A stretch of DNA of 57,608 nucleotides from Clostridia bacterium (GCA_041670385.1 JBAXZI010000004.1:1-57608), one strand, 5' to 3'; positions 28,476 through 40,269 are shown, numbered from the stretch's first letter. A program made the numbers and translations. The notes: generated from the letters alone by a model not told the origin.

Positions 28476-29447
28476 ATGAAAAAATTATCAAAAATTTTAG
28501 TAATTGTTATGGTCTTGTCTTTAGTATGCTGTGTACTATTTGCGTGCGGAAATAAAGAACCAGAAAATGCAACTATCAACATTACTATCCCTGATGGTGC
28601 TCCAACTCTAGCTATGGCTAAACTAATGAAAGATTTTAGCTATAAAGATTATGATATTAATTATGAAATAGTGTCTGGTACATCAGAAATTGGTGCAAAG
28701 ATGACTCAAGGTCAAACTGATATATCTATTGTACCTACCAATATGGCAAGTATTCTTTACGCAAATGGTCTTGATATCAAATTGCTTTCAAGTAATGTGT
28801 TTGGTTTACTTTATATAATGGGTAATGGAGATGTAAATGCTACTTCACTTAGTGATATGGATGGCAAAACAATCTATTGTATAGGTCAAGGTGGTACACC
28901 TGATTTTGTATTGCAATATTTATTGCAAGAAAACAATATAAATGCTACAATAATTTATGTTGCTTCAGGTACTGATGTAATTCCACTTCTTATGACAAAA
29001 AAGGCTGAATTTGCTGTTTTGGGAGAACCCGCTGCAACTATGAGTGTATCTAAAGCAGGTGCAAAAGTATTGTTTGATATGCAAGAAGAATGGGAAAAAC
29101 TTACCCAATTTAATGGATATCCTCAAGCATCAACTGTTGTTCGTAGCGAAATTGTAGAAACTTACCCTGGTTTTGTAAAAGCTTTTTATGAAGCAATGGA
29201 AGAAAATATAAGTTATATCGAAAATGAAGAAAATTTAGAAGAACTTACAAATACGCTTAAAGATAATGGAAGTGCAGTAGTTTTCTCTAGTACAGCTGTA
29301 ATTAAAAAGTGTAATATGAGAGTTGAAGACTGTGCTACCGCAAAAGCAAGCATAGTAAACTATTTGAGTGTTCTTAAAGATTTTAACCCAGCAACTATTG
29401 GCGGAGAATTGCCAGATGATGCATTTTATTATAATATAAGTAAATAA
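28476..29447 (+). CDS. ABC importer substrate-binding lipoprotein, NMT1/THI5 (NitT/TauT)-like
   Basis: Signal peptide with lipobox LFAC-G; 323 aa periplasmic-binding-protein-like sequence; followed directly by a permease and an ATPase. Confidence 0.7.
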   Translation: MKKLSKILVIVMVLSLVCCVLFACGNKEPENATINITIPDGAPTLAMAKLMKDFSYKDYDINYEIVSGTSEIGAKMTQGQTDISIVPTNMASILYANGLDIKLLSSNVFGLLYIMGNGDVNATSLSDMDGKTIYCIGQGGTPDFVLQYLLQENNINATIIYVASGTDVIPLLMTKKAEFAVLGEPAATMSVSKAGAKVLFDMQEEWEKLTQFNGYPQASTVVRSEIVETYPGFVKAFYEAMEENISYIENEENLEELTNTLKDNGSAVVFSSTAVIKKCNMRVEDCATAKASIVNYLSVLKDFNPATIGGELPDDAFYYNISK

Positions 29448-29448
29448 T

Positions 29449-30204
29449 ATGAAATTAAAAAACAGACGGCTTATGAATATAGTTTATCCAATTATCTCAC
29501 TAGGACTTTTAGTCTTAGTGTGGTTTTTGGTGGCTAAGGCCGTTGATATCCAACTTATTGTCCCACGGGTTGGTGATACATTTTCAAAACTGTGGCGATT
29601 ATTGGGTGAAAATAGTTTTTATTTGGCTTTAGGTGGTACGCTTTGGCGTTCTTTACTGAGTTTTTTTATTGCTTTAGTACTTGCCATTTTACTAGCAATA
29701 ATTAGTAATTTTATACCGGTAATTTATAAATTGCTAACACCTATAGTAACAATTATTCGTGCAATACCTACGATGAGTGTAATCTTGCTAACAATAATTT
29801 GGCTTAATTCTGATTATAGCCCATTATTGATTACACTTTTTATAATCTTTCCTATTATGTATAGTAATTTTTATACAGGTATAACCTCCGTAGATAGCGA
29901 ACTAATTGAAATGAGTAAGGCTTATAATGTGCGTAAGAAAGATATGATTTTTTCTTTGTATTTACCCAATATTGCCCCGAGTTTTTTTGACACTTTACAA
30001 TCAGCTATTTCTCTAAATGTAAAAATAATTATATCCGCAGAAGTTTTGGCACAAACAAAACTTTCAATGGGACTTATGATGAAATTGTCAAAAGGTATAC
30101 TTGATACATCCGAACTTTTAGCTTGGACAATAGTTGCTATTTTGTTAAGCTACTTTTTGGAAAATGTTATTATTCTAATTAAAAAATTAGTTATTAGGTG
30201 GTAA
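29449..30204 (+). CDS. ABC transporter permease (NitT/TauT-type)
   Basis: 251 aa with about 6 TM segments and a BPD-transporter-like cytoplasmic loop. Tightly packed with its neighbours. Confidence 0.8.
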   Translation: MKLKNRRLMNIVYPIISLGLLVLVWFLVAKAVDIQLIVPRVGDTFSKLWRLLGENSFYLALGGTLWRSLLSFFIALVLAILLAIISNFIPVIYKLLTPIVTIIRAIPTMSVILLTIIWLNSDYSPLLITLFIIFPIMYSNFYTGITSVDSELIEMSKAYNVRKKDMIFSLYLPNIAPSFFDTLQSAISLNVKIIISAEVLAQTKLSMGLMMKLSKGILDTSELLAWTIVAILLSYFLENVIILIKKLVIRW

Positions 30205-30209
30205 AAATT

Positions 30210-30899
30210 ATGCAATTGACCAATATTTATAAAAAATTTGATAAAAAAGTAGTATTTGAAGATTTTTCAATGAATTTTGATGAGCACAAAATAACTTGTA
30301 TTTTAGGCAAGTCCGGTTGTGGTAAAACCACACTTTTAAACATTATTGCAGGTGTTATTACTGCTGAAAGCGGTGTAGTTGTCGGAAAAAGTGAAAAAAT
30401 TAGTTATATTTTCCAAAATCAATTATTATTAAAGAATCTAACTGTTTATAAAAATTTGGAATATGTTCTTAAGAATACTGTATTTTCCAAAGAAGAAATA
30501 AATAAGCAAATAAAAGCTATTTTAGATAAAGTACAATTATCCGAATATGCTAAATATTATCCCAAACAATTAAGCGGTGGAATGGCACAAAGGGTTAGTT
30601 TAGCAAGGGCTTTCGTATATCCTAGTGACCTAATTTTAATGGACGAACCTTTCAAAGGTTTAGATGTTAGCTTAAAAAAGAGGATAATGAACCTTTTTAA
30701 GGATTTGTATAGAGATAATTCTAAAACCACAATTTTTGTAACACACGATATCGAAGAATCACTAATTCTAGGCGATAGAATAATAGTTTTAGATGATGGT
30801 GGCAAAATTTTACTAGATAAAAAAATTGCACAATCAATTTTTGAAAGAGATATTAACTCTTTAGCTGATTTACGTGCAGAGATATATAATATTATATAA
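30210..30899 (+). CDS. ABC transporter ATP-binding protein (canonical)
   Basis: Walker A GKSGCGKTT, Q-loop IFQNQ, signature LSGGMAQR, Walker B LILMDEP, H-loop VTHD. ATG is 10 nt after AGGTGG. Confidence 0.9.
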   Translation: MQLTNIYKKFDKKVVFEDFSMNFDEHKITCILGKSGCGKTTLLNIIAGVITAESGVVVGKSEKISYIFQNQLLLKNLTVYKNLEYVLKNTVFSKEEINKQIKAILDKVQLSEYAKYYPKQLSGGMAQRVSLARAFVYPSDLILMDEPFKGLDVSLKKRIMNLFKDLYRDNSKTTIFVTHDIEESLILGDRIIVLDDGGKILLDKKIAQSIFERDINSLADLRAEIYNII

Positions 30900-30908
30900 A
30901 TAAAGTAT

Positions 30909-30937
30909 TTGACTATTATATAAATTTTTTGTATCAT
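30909..30937 (+). promoter_or_regulatory. sigma-A promoter of ruvC, ending 6 nt before the start codon
   Basis: TTGACT (30909-30914), 17 nt spacer, TATCAT (30932-30937), then atagct and the ATG at 30944. Confidence 0.55.
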
Positions 30938-30943
30938 ATAGCT

Positions 30944-31435
30944 ATGATAATTTTAGGCGTTGATCCCGGTTATGCAATTGTCGGCTACGGTATAATAAGT
31001 AGTGAAGGTGGCAAATATAAGGCTATTGACTATGGAGTAATTACTACCCCAAAAGAAGATAGTTTACCTTTAAGGTTATCAAAAATTGCTGATGGTTTTG
31101 ATAAACTTATTGATAAATATAATCCTGAAGCAGTTGCATTAGAAGAACTTTTTTTTCAAAATAACCAAAAAACAGCAATTATGGTAGCTGAGGCTAGAGG
31201 AGCAACTTTATTAACTCTTTACAATCGTTGTAAAAATTTATATGAATATACTCCTTTACAAATAAAACAAGCAATGACAGGTTATGGTAGGGCAGATAAA
31301 TATCAAATTCAACATATGGTAACTTTGTTACTTAACTTGAAATCGATTCCAAAACCTGATGATGCGGCAGATGCACTAGCAGTCGCACTAACACACGCCC
31401 AAACTTGCCGTTTTACAAATATGTTTAGAGTATAG
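30944..31435 (+). CDS. ruvC: crossover junction endodeoxyribonuclease RuvC
   Basis: MIILGVDPGYAIVGYGII..., ALEELFF, and C-terminal DAADALAVALTH. The start is chosen by family N-terminus conservation. Confidence 0.9.
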   Translation: MIILGVDPGYAIVGYGIISSEGGKYKAIDYGVITTPKEDSLPLRLSKIADGFDKLIDKYNPEAVALEELFFQNNQKTAIMVAEARGATLLTLYNRCKNLYEYTPLQIKQAMTGYGRADKYQIQHMVTLLLNLKSIPKPDDAADALAVALTHAQTCRFTNMFRV

Positions 31436-31454
31436 AAAAAATAAGGAGATTGAT

Positions 31455-32045
31455 ATGATAGGTTTTATAAGTGGCGAAGTTGTTGATACTATAGGTAGTA
31501 CAGTAATTTTAGAGAATAATGGATTAGGTTATGAAATTACAGTAAGTAACAGTACTCTAGTTCGTATAAGTCAATCTACAAATTTTATCAAATTATATAC
31601 TTATCTAAATGTAAGAGATGATGGTTTATTTTTATTTGGTTTTTATACAAAAGAAGAAAAAAATATGTTTTTAAAACTAATTACAATTTCTGGAGTAGGT
31701 CCAAAAGCGGCTATGTCAATTTTGTCAGGTATGGAAATTACAGAATTAGCACTTGCTATTATTTCATCAGATGTAAAAGCAATTTCCAAAGTTAAGGGTG
31801 TAGGCAAAAAAACAGCTGAAAGGATTATTTTAGAATTGCGAGAAAATATTAATATTGATATGCCACAACTAATGAATAATATGCCTGCAGGAGAATATGC
31901 CAATAAAAATATTCAAGATGCAGTAGAAGCATTAAAGAATTTAGGAATAAATGCACAAGATGCACAAACTGCTGTAAATAATGCCGCAAAAGAAGTTTCT
32001 ACTATAGAAGAAATTGTAGCACTTGCTTTGCGTAAATTAGGATAG
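31455..32045 (+). CDS. ruvA: Holliday junction DNA helicase subunit RuvA
   Basis: MIGFISGEV..., helix-hairpin-helix motifs [13 protein letters not shown] and [12 protein letters not shown]. Confidence 0.9.
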   Translation: MIGFISGEVVDTIGSTVILENNGLGYEITVSNSTLVRISQSTNFIKLYTYLNVRDDGLFLFGFYTKEEKNMFLKLITISGVGPKAAMSILSGMEITELALAIISSDVKAISKVKGVGKKTAERIILELRENINIDMPQLMNNMPAGEYANKNIQDAVEALKNLGINAQDAQTAVNNAAKEVSTIEEIVALALRKLG

Positions 32046-32055
32046 GGGGCAAAAA

Positions 32056-33075
32056 TTGTACGAAGATGAACAAAGAATCATTTCAAGTGATTTTATTGAA
32101 GATTTCGATAGTGAAGATAACGAAAATATTTTACGACCAAAACAACTATCCGATTATGTAGGGCAAACAAAAATTAAAGCAAACCTATGTGTATTTATGC
32201 AATCAGCACAAAATAGAGGAGAATGTCTTGACCACGTATTATTATATGGACCTCCGGGATTAGGAAAAACCACACTTAGCCATATTATAGCAAATGAAAT
32301 GAACGCAGATATCAAAATGACTTCTGGTCCTGCTATCGAAAAAGCAGGTGATTTAGCCGCAATTCTTAGCAATTTGCAATCAGGCGATGTTTTGTTTATT
32401 GATGAAATCCATAGACTAAACCATTGTGTAGAAGAAATGTTATATCCGGCTATGGAAGATTTTGGACTTGATATGGTACTAGGTAAAGGTCCAAGTGCAA
32501 GAACAATAAGAATACCTCTAAAAAAATTCACATTAATAGGTGCAACAACGAAAGCGGGTATGATAAGTTCTCCTTTAAGAGATAGATTTGGTGTAATTTG
32601 CCGTTTGGAAATGTATAAAAATGATGAATTAGCCCAAATAATAACACGTTCCGCTAAAATACTTAATATAGCAATAGAAACGCAAGCAAGTGTAGAAATT
32701 GCTTCAAGAAGTAGAGGTACACCAAGAATAGCGAATAGACTACTAAAACGAGTTAGAGATTATGCTGAATATGAAAATTCAGATATAATCACATTAAAAA
32801 TAGCAAAAACAGCACTAAAAAGTTTAGAAATTGATGAATTAGGACTTGATAATATTGATTTAGCAATACTAGAAAATATAATAAAAAAATTTAATGGCGG
32901 ACCTGTTGGCTTAGATACATTATCAGCAATAACAGGTGAAGATTCGGTTACGATAGAAGATGTTTACGAACCATTTCTTATGCAATTAGGATTTATTACA
33001 CGCACGCAAAGGGGCAGAGTATGTACCAAACTTGCGTATGACCATCTAAATTTACCAATGCCAATAGATAAGTAA
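32056..33075 (+). CDS. ruvB: Holliday junction DNA helicase RuvB
   Basis: [12 protein letters not shown], Walker [10 protein letters not shown], Walker B FIDEIHRL, and [14 protein letters not shown] start after GGGGG. Confidence 0.95.
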   Translation: MYEDEQRIISSDFIEDFDSEDNENILRPKQLSDYVGQTKIKANLCVFMQSAQNRGECLDHVLLYGPPGLGKTTLSHIIANEMNADIKMTSGPAIEKAGDLAAILSNLQSGDVLFIDEIHRLNHCVEEMLYPAMEDFGLDMVLGKGPSARTIRIPLKKFTLIGATTKAGMISSPLRDRFGVICRLEMYKNDELAQIITRSAKILNIAIETQASVEIASRSRGTPRIANRLLKRVRDYAEYENSDIITLKIAKTALKSLEIDELGLDNIDLAILENIIKKFNGGPVGLDTLSAITGEDSVTIEDVYEPFLMQLGFITRTQRGRVCTKLAYDHLNLPMPIDK

Positions 33076-33095
33076 CAAAGAGGACAAAAGATAAT

Positions 33096-35233
<2,138 letters not shown>

Positions 35234-35249
35234 ATATTTAACTAAACAC

Positions 35250-35278
35250 TTGTCAAATTTTGGAATTTAGTGTATGAT
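35250..35278 (+). promoter_or_regulatory. candidate sigma-A promoter of yajC
   Basis: TTGTCA (35250-35255), 17 nt spacer, TATGAT (35273-35278). Confidence 0.4.
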
Positions 35279-35331
35279 TAAATAAATTAGAATTAAAATT
35301 TAATTAATAAAAGGATAGGAGATAAAATTAA

Positions 35332-35631
35332 ATGTTTGGATTATTAATGTTTTCGGGCGGTGGTACCACTTGGTGGATGATAGGAATTTTAGCAGTATTT
35401 TTTGTGTTAATGATAGTTATGACTATAATACCACAAAAGAAACAAAAAAAGAAAATGGCAGAAATGTTTAGTTCACTTGCAGTCGGTGATAAAATTATGA
35501 CTATAGGTGGATTTGTTGGTGAAATCGTTGAAGTTGATGCACCAAATGACAAATATATAGTTAATATAGGTACTGAAGAAGAACCTACTAAAGTAGTAAT
35601 TATTAAAAACGCTATTCGTTCTAAAGTATAA
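35332..35631 (+). CDS. yajC: preprotein translocase subunit YajC
   Basis: 99 aa with a single TM, then QKKQKKKMAEMFSSLAVGDKIMTIGGFVGEIVEV. Confidence 0.9.
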   Translation: MFGLLMFSGGGTTWWMIGILAVFFVLMIVMTIIPQKKQKKKMAEMFSSLAVGDKIMTIGGFVGEIVEVDAPNDKYIVNIGTEEEPTKVVIIKNAIRSKV

Positions 35632-35656
35632 TTTATTAATTTTAATAAAATGCTAA

Positions 35657-35690
35657 AAAAAAGCAAGGCAAATTTTTTGCCTTGCTTTTA
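35657..35690. terminator. bidirectional intrinsic terminator
   Basis: AAAAAAAGCAAGGCAAA-tttt-TTGCCTTGCTTTT, lying between the convergent yajC and 35695..36078 genes. Confidence 0.8.
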
Positions 35691-35694
35691 ATTT

Positions 35695-36078
35695 TTATTT
35701 TTTAATATTAACACAAATTATACCGCTAATAACACCAGCTACAATTCCTAAAGCTACATCAATTAAATTATTCCAGCCCAAATTTATATTTTTTGATATT
35801 ATTCCAAAAATGAAAATCGACAAAAGTGTATAAAGTACGCCAATAATTCCGCCTTTTAATGCACCTAATTTCGCGTGTTTTATTCCTAGAACAGTGCCTA
35901 AAAATACACTTAGTATTTTAATGACTTGATTAATCGGTATAATAATTTTATCGCCCATATCAACGAAATTTACGATTAGGGCTAAAATTAGTACTAAAGT
36001 AAGAGATAATAATATTGCAAATATTGTACCTCTAATTAAATCAAAAATATCTTCTTTTTTTATATTAATTTTTTTCAT
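35695..36078 (-). CDS. small 4-TM integral membrane protein (resembles the family annotated TIGR04086)
   Basis: 127 aa with Gly-rich TM helices (LGTVLGIKHAKLGALKGGIIGVLYTLL). RBS GGAGGA precedes the ATG. Confidence 0.45.
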   Translation of the reverse strand: MKKINIKKEDIFDLIRGTIFAILLSLTLVLILALIVNFVDMGDKIIIPINQVIKILSVFLGTVLGIKHAKLGALKGGIIGVLYTLLSIFIFGIISKNINLGWNNLIDVALGIVAGVISGIICVNIKK

Positions 36079-36142
36079 AAATCCTCCACATATCTAAATT
36101 TATTAAAATACCTGCCTAAATATTACAATACTAATAAATTTA

Positions 36143-36171
36143 CTTGATTAAATTGCATTTTAATTATATAA
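36143..36171 (+). promoter_or_regulatory. sigma-A promoter of the SCIFF operon
   Basis: TTGATT (36143-36148), 17 nt spacer, TATAAT (36166-36171). Confidence 0.55.
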
Positions 36172-36206
36172 TAACTAATATTGAATTTATATTAGGAGGT
36201 TTCAAA

Positions 36207-36377
36207 ATGAAACATATCAATAAGATTATAGAAAAGAATTTAACTAAAGATCACGCAACTGGTTGTGGCGAATGCCAATCTAGCTGTCAATCTGCTTGCA
36301 AAACAAGTTGCACAGTAGGCAATCAAGCTTGCAAAAAAGAAGAAAAAATAAACGTAATAATCAAAAAGAGTATTTAA
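36207..36377 (+). CDS. scfA: SCIFF (six-cysteines-in-forty-five) ribosomal peptide precursor, with an extended C-terminal tail
   Basis: MKHINKIIEKNLTKDHATGCGECQSSCQSACKTSCTVGNQACKKEEKINVIIKKSI. The canonical GCGECQ(S/T)SCQSACKTSCTVGNQ core is present. ATG is 7 nt after AGGAGG. The longer track ORF starting at 36144 is an artefact. Confidence 0.9.
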   Translation: MKHINKIIEKNLTKDHATGCGECQSSCQSACKTSCTVGNQACKKEEKINVIIKKSI

Positions 36378-37750
36378 TGGTACATACATTTAAATATGAT
36401 TACGATGACACAACTACTTATTATTTTATTTATGATGTAGAAAGTGGTAGCATAAGCAGTGTAGATTATATTGCTTATTTGTGTGCAAAGAAAAATTATA
36501 ATAATGATTTTGTCGGTACCGAAGACGCCGATTATAAACAACTTGCTCAAAAGGATATAGAGGAAGTTAATGGTGAATTTGCCGAATTGGAAGAAGAAGG
36601 TAATCTTAATACCGAAGCTTTAATTACTACTTTTAAGAAAGATACTAGATGGGTTAAGGCATTATGCTTGCATATATGCCATGATTGTAACTTACGTTGC
36701 ATTTATTGTTTTGCTAAAGATGGATCTTATAACACACCTCGTGATTATATGACATTAGAAGTTGGTAAAAAATCAATTGATTTTATTTTAGCAAATAGTG
36801 GACCTAGAACAAATTTAGAAGTAGATTTTTTTGGTGGCGAACCTTTAATGAATTTCCAAGTAGTTAAGGATATCGTTGCTTACGCAAAAATTGAAGCAGA
36901 AAAATTAGGTAAAAAATTCTTATTTACTATGACTACAAATTGTGTTTTACTTAATAAAGACACAAGAGAATTCCTAGAAGAAGAAATGGATAATGTAGTA
37001 CTTAGTATAGATGGAAGAGCAAAAGTTCATAATGCTGTTAGAAAGACAATATCAGGTGTTCCTTGTTATGACCTTATCAAAAACAATGCATTAGAAATGA
37101 GAAAATTGCGTGGTGATAAGAGATATTATGCAAGAGGCACTTTTACAGCTAATAATTTAGATTTTGGTAAAGATATATTGGAACTAAATGATATGGGCTT
37201 TGACCAAATATCGATAGAACCCGTTGTCTTGCCCGCAGAAGACCCTTTAGCAATAACAGAAGAGCATTTACCTAAGATATTAGTAGAATACGATAAGTTT
37301 GCTAAAGAATACCTAAAAAGAAGACACGATGGTAGTGGCAGATGGTTTAATTTCTTTCATTTTATGATTGATTTAGATCATGGTCCTTGCGTAACTAAAA
37401 GATTAACCGGTTGTGGCTGCGGTACGGAATACCTAGCAGTTACACCAGTAGGTGATATATATCCTTGTCACCAATTTGTAGGAAAAGAAGAGTTTAAGAT
37501 GGGTACAGTTTTTGATGGAATTGAAAGGGAAGATATGAGAGAGCAATTTTCAAATATAAATGTACTTAATAAAAAACATTGCAAAGAATGTTTTGCAAAA
37601 TTTTATTGTGGTGGTGGTTGTACAGCAAATGCTTATAATTTCACTAACGATCTTAACGGACAATACAAAATTGCTTGTGAAATGACAAAAAAACGTTTGG
37701 AATTGAGTTTAGCAATAGCTTGTATAGAAAAAATGAGAGAAAATTATTGA
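36377..37750 (+). CDS. scfB: SCIFF radical SAM/SPASM maturase
   Basis: 457 aa from MVHTFKYD... Radical-SAM cluster motif CNLRCIYC and C-terminal SPASM cysteines (CGCGTEY, CHQF, CKECFAKFYCGGGC). TAATG overlap with scfA. Confidence 0.9.
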   Translation: MVHTFKYDYDDTTTYYFIYDVESGSISSVDYIAYLCAKKNYNNDFVGTEDADYKQLAQKDIEEVNGEFAELEEEGNLNTEALITTFKKDTRWVKALCLHICHDCNLRCIYCFAKDGSYNTPRDYMTLEVGKKSIDFILANSGPRTNLEVDFFGGEPLMNFQVVKDIVAYAKIEAEKLGKKFLFTMTTNCVLLNKDTREFLEEEMDNVVLSIDGRAKVHNAVRKTISGVPCYDLIKNNALEMRKLRGDKRYYARGTFTANNLDFGKDILELNDMGFDQISIEPVVLPAEDPLAITEEHLPKILVEYDKFAKEYLKRRHDGSGRWFNFFHFMIDLDHGPCVTKRLTGCGCGTEYLAVTPVGDIYPCHQFVGKEEFKMGTVFDGIEREDMREQFSNINVLNKKHCKECFAKFYCGGGCTANAYNFTNDLNGQYKIACEMTKKRLELSLAIACIEKMRENY

Positions 37751-37830
37751 CATTTATATATTATCATATATAATTAATAGTATAATGTCATGTTTCGATA
37801 TTAAAAAGAAATTTTTGGAGGCTACTTTAG

Positions 37831-39120
37831 GTGAATAAAAAACAATCTATTATTGTACTCATAATAGTTGGTATACTAATGATAACATTAGCTTTGTTTA
37901 TAATACCGCTAAATGGTGAGGATTCTTTTGAAGCAGGAGATTCTAATTATGATGTTTACTGGGTAAGCAAAGCAATTAGTATGGGTCTTGATTTGAAAGG
38001 TGGTATGTATGCAGAATATTCTGGCAGGTTGCAAGATGGTTCTGAACCATCCGATGCTGATATAGAAGGCGCAATAGCTAATTTGGAAGAATTGTTGTAT
38101 AGTAAAGGCTATTCTGAAGCAACTGTTACCAAAATTGGTAATACACAAGTAAGAGTGGAAGTACCACAAATTGAAGACACTTCAGCCCTCATGAAATTGA
38201 TTGGTAAAAGTGCAACTTTAGAATTTAAAGACGCAGATGGAACAGTATTAATAACTGGTGAAGAACATCTTAAAGATTGTTTTGCGTCAATGAGCGATTC
38301 TGAATATGTTATCAAACTTGAGTTTAACGATGCAGGGGCACAAGCATTTGCAGATGCTACTGAAGCAAATCTAAATAAAACTATTGACATATATATAGAT
38401 GGCGAAAAAGTTATGTCACCAACAGTAAATTCTGTAATTTCTGATGGTAATGCGATAATTGAAGGTAACTATACTTATGACACTGCAAATGATATGGCAG
38501 TAAGATTGAAAGCTGGTATAAGTTCAGTTAAATTATCATTATTAAGAAGTGAAACTATTTCACCTACATTAGGTGATGAGGCATTATCAAAAGCAATTTT
38601 GGCCGCAATTATCGGTGTAGCATTTATAATGGTGTTTATGATGCTTATTTATCGTGGTCTTGGTTTAGCTTCTACTTTAGCACTTACTTGCTATATTGAA
38701 TTATTACTATTTTTCTTAGCAGTAGTTCCTTGGGTACAACTTACACTTACAGGTATTGCCGGTGTTATACTAAGTATAGGTATGGCGGTAGATGGAAATG
38801 TAGTTATATTTGAGCAAATAAAAGAAGAAAGATTAATAGGTAACAGATTGGTGCCAAGTGCAATAAAAACTGGTTTTAGTAAAACTTTAGTTACTATATT
38901 AGACGCTAATGTAACAACAATATTAGGTGCAATTGTTATGCTAATTGTAGGTTCTAGTGCAATAAAGAGCTTTGCTCTTACATTATTAATTGGTATTATC
39001 TTATCTCTAATAAGTTCAATCCTAATTACTCGTATGTTTGTAAATTGCTTCTTAGGACTTAACGATGAAAATGAAGCCTTCTATGGTCTAAGTCTAAAGG
39101 GGGTATCAATCGATGAATAG
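37831..39120 (+). CDS. secD: protein translocase subunit SecD
   Basis: 429 aa. N-terminal TM, GLDLKGG, periplasmic domain, and C-terminal 5 TM with ILSIGMAVDGNVVIFE. GTG start 9 nt after GGAGG. Confidence 0.9.
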   Translation: MNKKQSIIVLIIVGILMITLALFIIPLNGEDSFEAGDSNYDVYWVSKAISMGLDLKGGMYAEYSGRLQDGSEPSDADIEGAIANLEELLYSKGYSEATVTKIGNTQVRVEVPQIEDTSALMKLIGKSATLEFKDADGTVLITGEEHLKDCFASMSDSEYVIKLEFNDAGAQAFADATEANLNKTIDIYIDGEKVMSPTVNSVISDGNAIIEGNYTYDTANDMAVRLKAGISSVKLSLLRSETISPTLGDEALSKAILAAIIGVAFIMVFMMLIYRGLGLASTLALTCYIELLLFFLAVVPWVQLTLTGIAGVILSIGMAVDGNVVIFEQIKEERLIGNRLVPSAIKTGFSKTLVTILDANVTTILGAIVMLIVGSSAIKSFALTLLIGIILSLISSILITRMFVNCFLGLNDENEAFYGLSLKGVSIDE

Positions 39121-40213
39121 TTTAATTTCAAAATTTAAAAATAAAATTAAAACATTTGATATTAATGGCAATGCGAAAATGTTCTTTATAGCTCCATTAG
39201 CTGTTGTATTAATAATGATTATATGTGGTTGTTGTTACCAATTTACCAATACAAAATACGATAAATTTGCTAATATTAGTGTTGATTTCCAAGGTGGTAC
39301 AATGATGACAGTCGAATTCAACGGTCAAGATAATATGAATTCTGGAAGTGGTTATGATGCAAATTTAGCAATTATTACTGAAGCTCTTGCAGAAGAAGGC
39401 TTTGTTGTGTCAATAGCACAATCATCAGGTAGTAATGCAATAATTGTTAAATACCTAAATACCTCAACTAAAGGCGATCAAATTGTTGATTATAATTCAG
39501 ATGAGAAAGTAGGTGAAATGAATACTATCAATGAAAATATTCAATTGGCAATAGCTGATAAAGCCACATCATATTATGATGGTGCAGTGACAGTAAATTC
39601 AACGGCAACCTTAATAGGTAACTCAGCAAGTATAAAATTATTGCGTACCGCACTTATTTCAGTAGCTGTAGCTTTAGCCCTAATGTTGATTTATATCATT
39701 ATCAGATTCGATTTGTATAGTGGTCTTGCAGCTGTAGTAGCTCTACTTCACGATATCCTAATAATGATGAGTTTTACTGTTATATTCTATGTAGAAATAG
39801 GTTCAACAATTGTTGCGGGTATAATTACGATAGTCGCTTATTCAATTAATAATACCATTGTCGTATTTGATAGAATACGAAGCAATATGAAACCATATAA
39901 AAAAGCTGGGACTAAGTTTGAACTAGGTGATGTCGTTAATTCTGCTATTTATAGCACAATGACTCGTACATTATTTACAACATTAACAACAGCAGCAACG
40001 GTTACATTGCTTGCAATATTTGGTGTTGCTAGTTTACAAAACTTCGCATTACCTATTCTATTTGGTTTGATAGCAGGTTTCTATTCTTCAGCTTTCTTAG
40101 CTGCTCCAATGTGGGGTTATTTCAAAAATCTTGGAGATAAAATCAAAATAAGTAATAAAAACCATAAATTTAATAAAAACAAAAAAGATAACGCAAGGCT
40201 AAAAAAAGCGTAA
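39113..40213 (+). CDS. secF: protein translocase subunit SecF
   Basis: 366 aa. VDFQGGT, HDILIMMSF, GYSINNTIVVFDRIR-like AYSINNTIVVFDRIR. Overlaps the secD 3' end. Confidence 0.9.
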   Translation: MNSLISKFKNKIKTFDINGNAKMFFIAPLAVVLIMIICGCCYQFTNTKYDKFANISVDFQGGTMMTVEFNGQDNMNSGSGYDANLAIITEALAEEGFVVSIAQSSGSNAIIVKYLNTSTKGDQIVDYNSDEKVGEMNTINENIQLAIADKATSYYDGAVTVNSTATLIGNSASIKLLRTALISVAVALALMLIYIIIRFDLYSGLAAVVALLHDILIMMSFTVIFYVEIGSTIVAGIITIVAYSINNTIVVFDRIRSNMKPYKKAGTKFELGDVVNSAIYSTMTRTLFTTLTTAATVTLLAIFGVASLQNFALPILFGLIAGFYSSAFLAAPMWGYFKNLGDKIKISNKNHKFNKNKKDNARLKKA

Positions 40214-40237
40214 TAAAAATACAAAACATAATAAAAC

Positions 40238-40269
40238 GAAAATGCCCGAAATTATTTTCGGGCATTTTT
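40238..40269 (+). terminator. intrinsic terminator after secF
   Basis: GAAAATGCCCGAAA-tta-TTTTCGGGCATTTTT. Confidence 0.85.

Noticed and set aside
36144-36377. The 77-aa version of the SCIFF ORF, and the 484-aa version of scfB starting at 36296
   Set aside because: Both are upstream extensions in the ORF track. The SCIFF family N-terminus MKHI... has a perfect AGGAGG-7 nt-ATG at 36207. The scfB extension (MQNKLHSRQSSLQKRR...) is an out-of-frame read of the SCIFF coding sequence. ScfB starts at MVHTF (36377).
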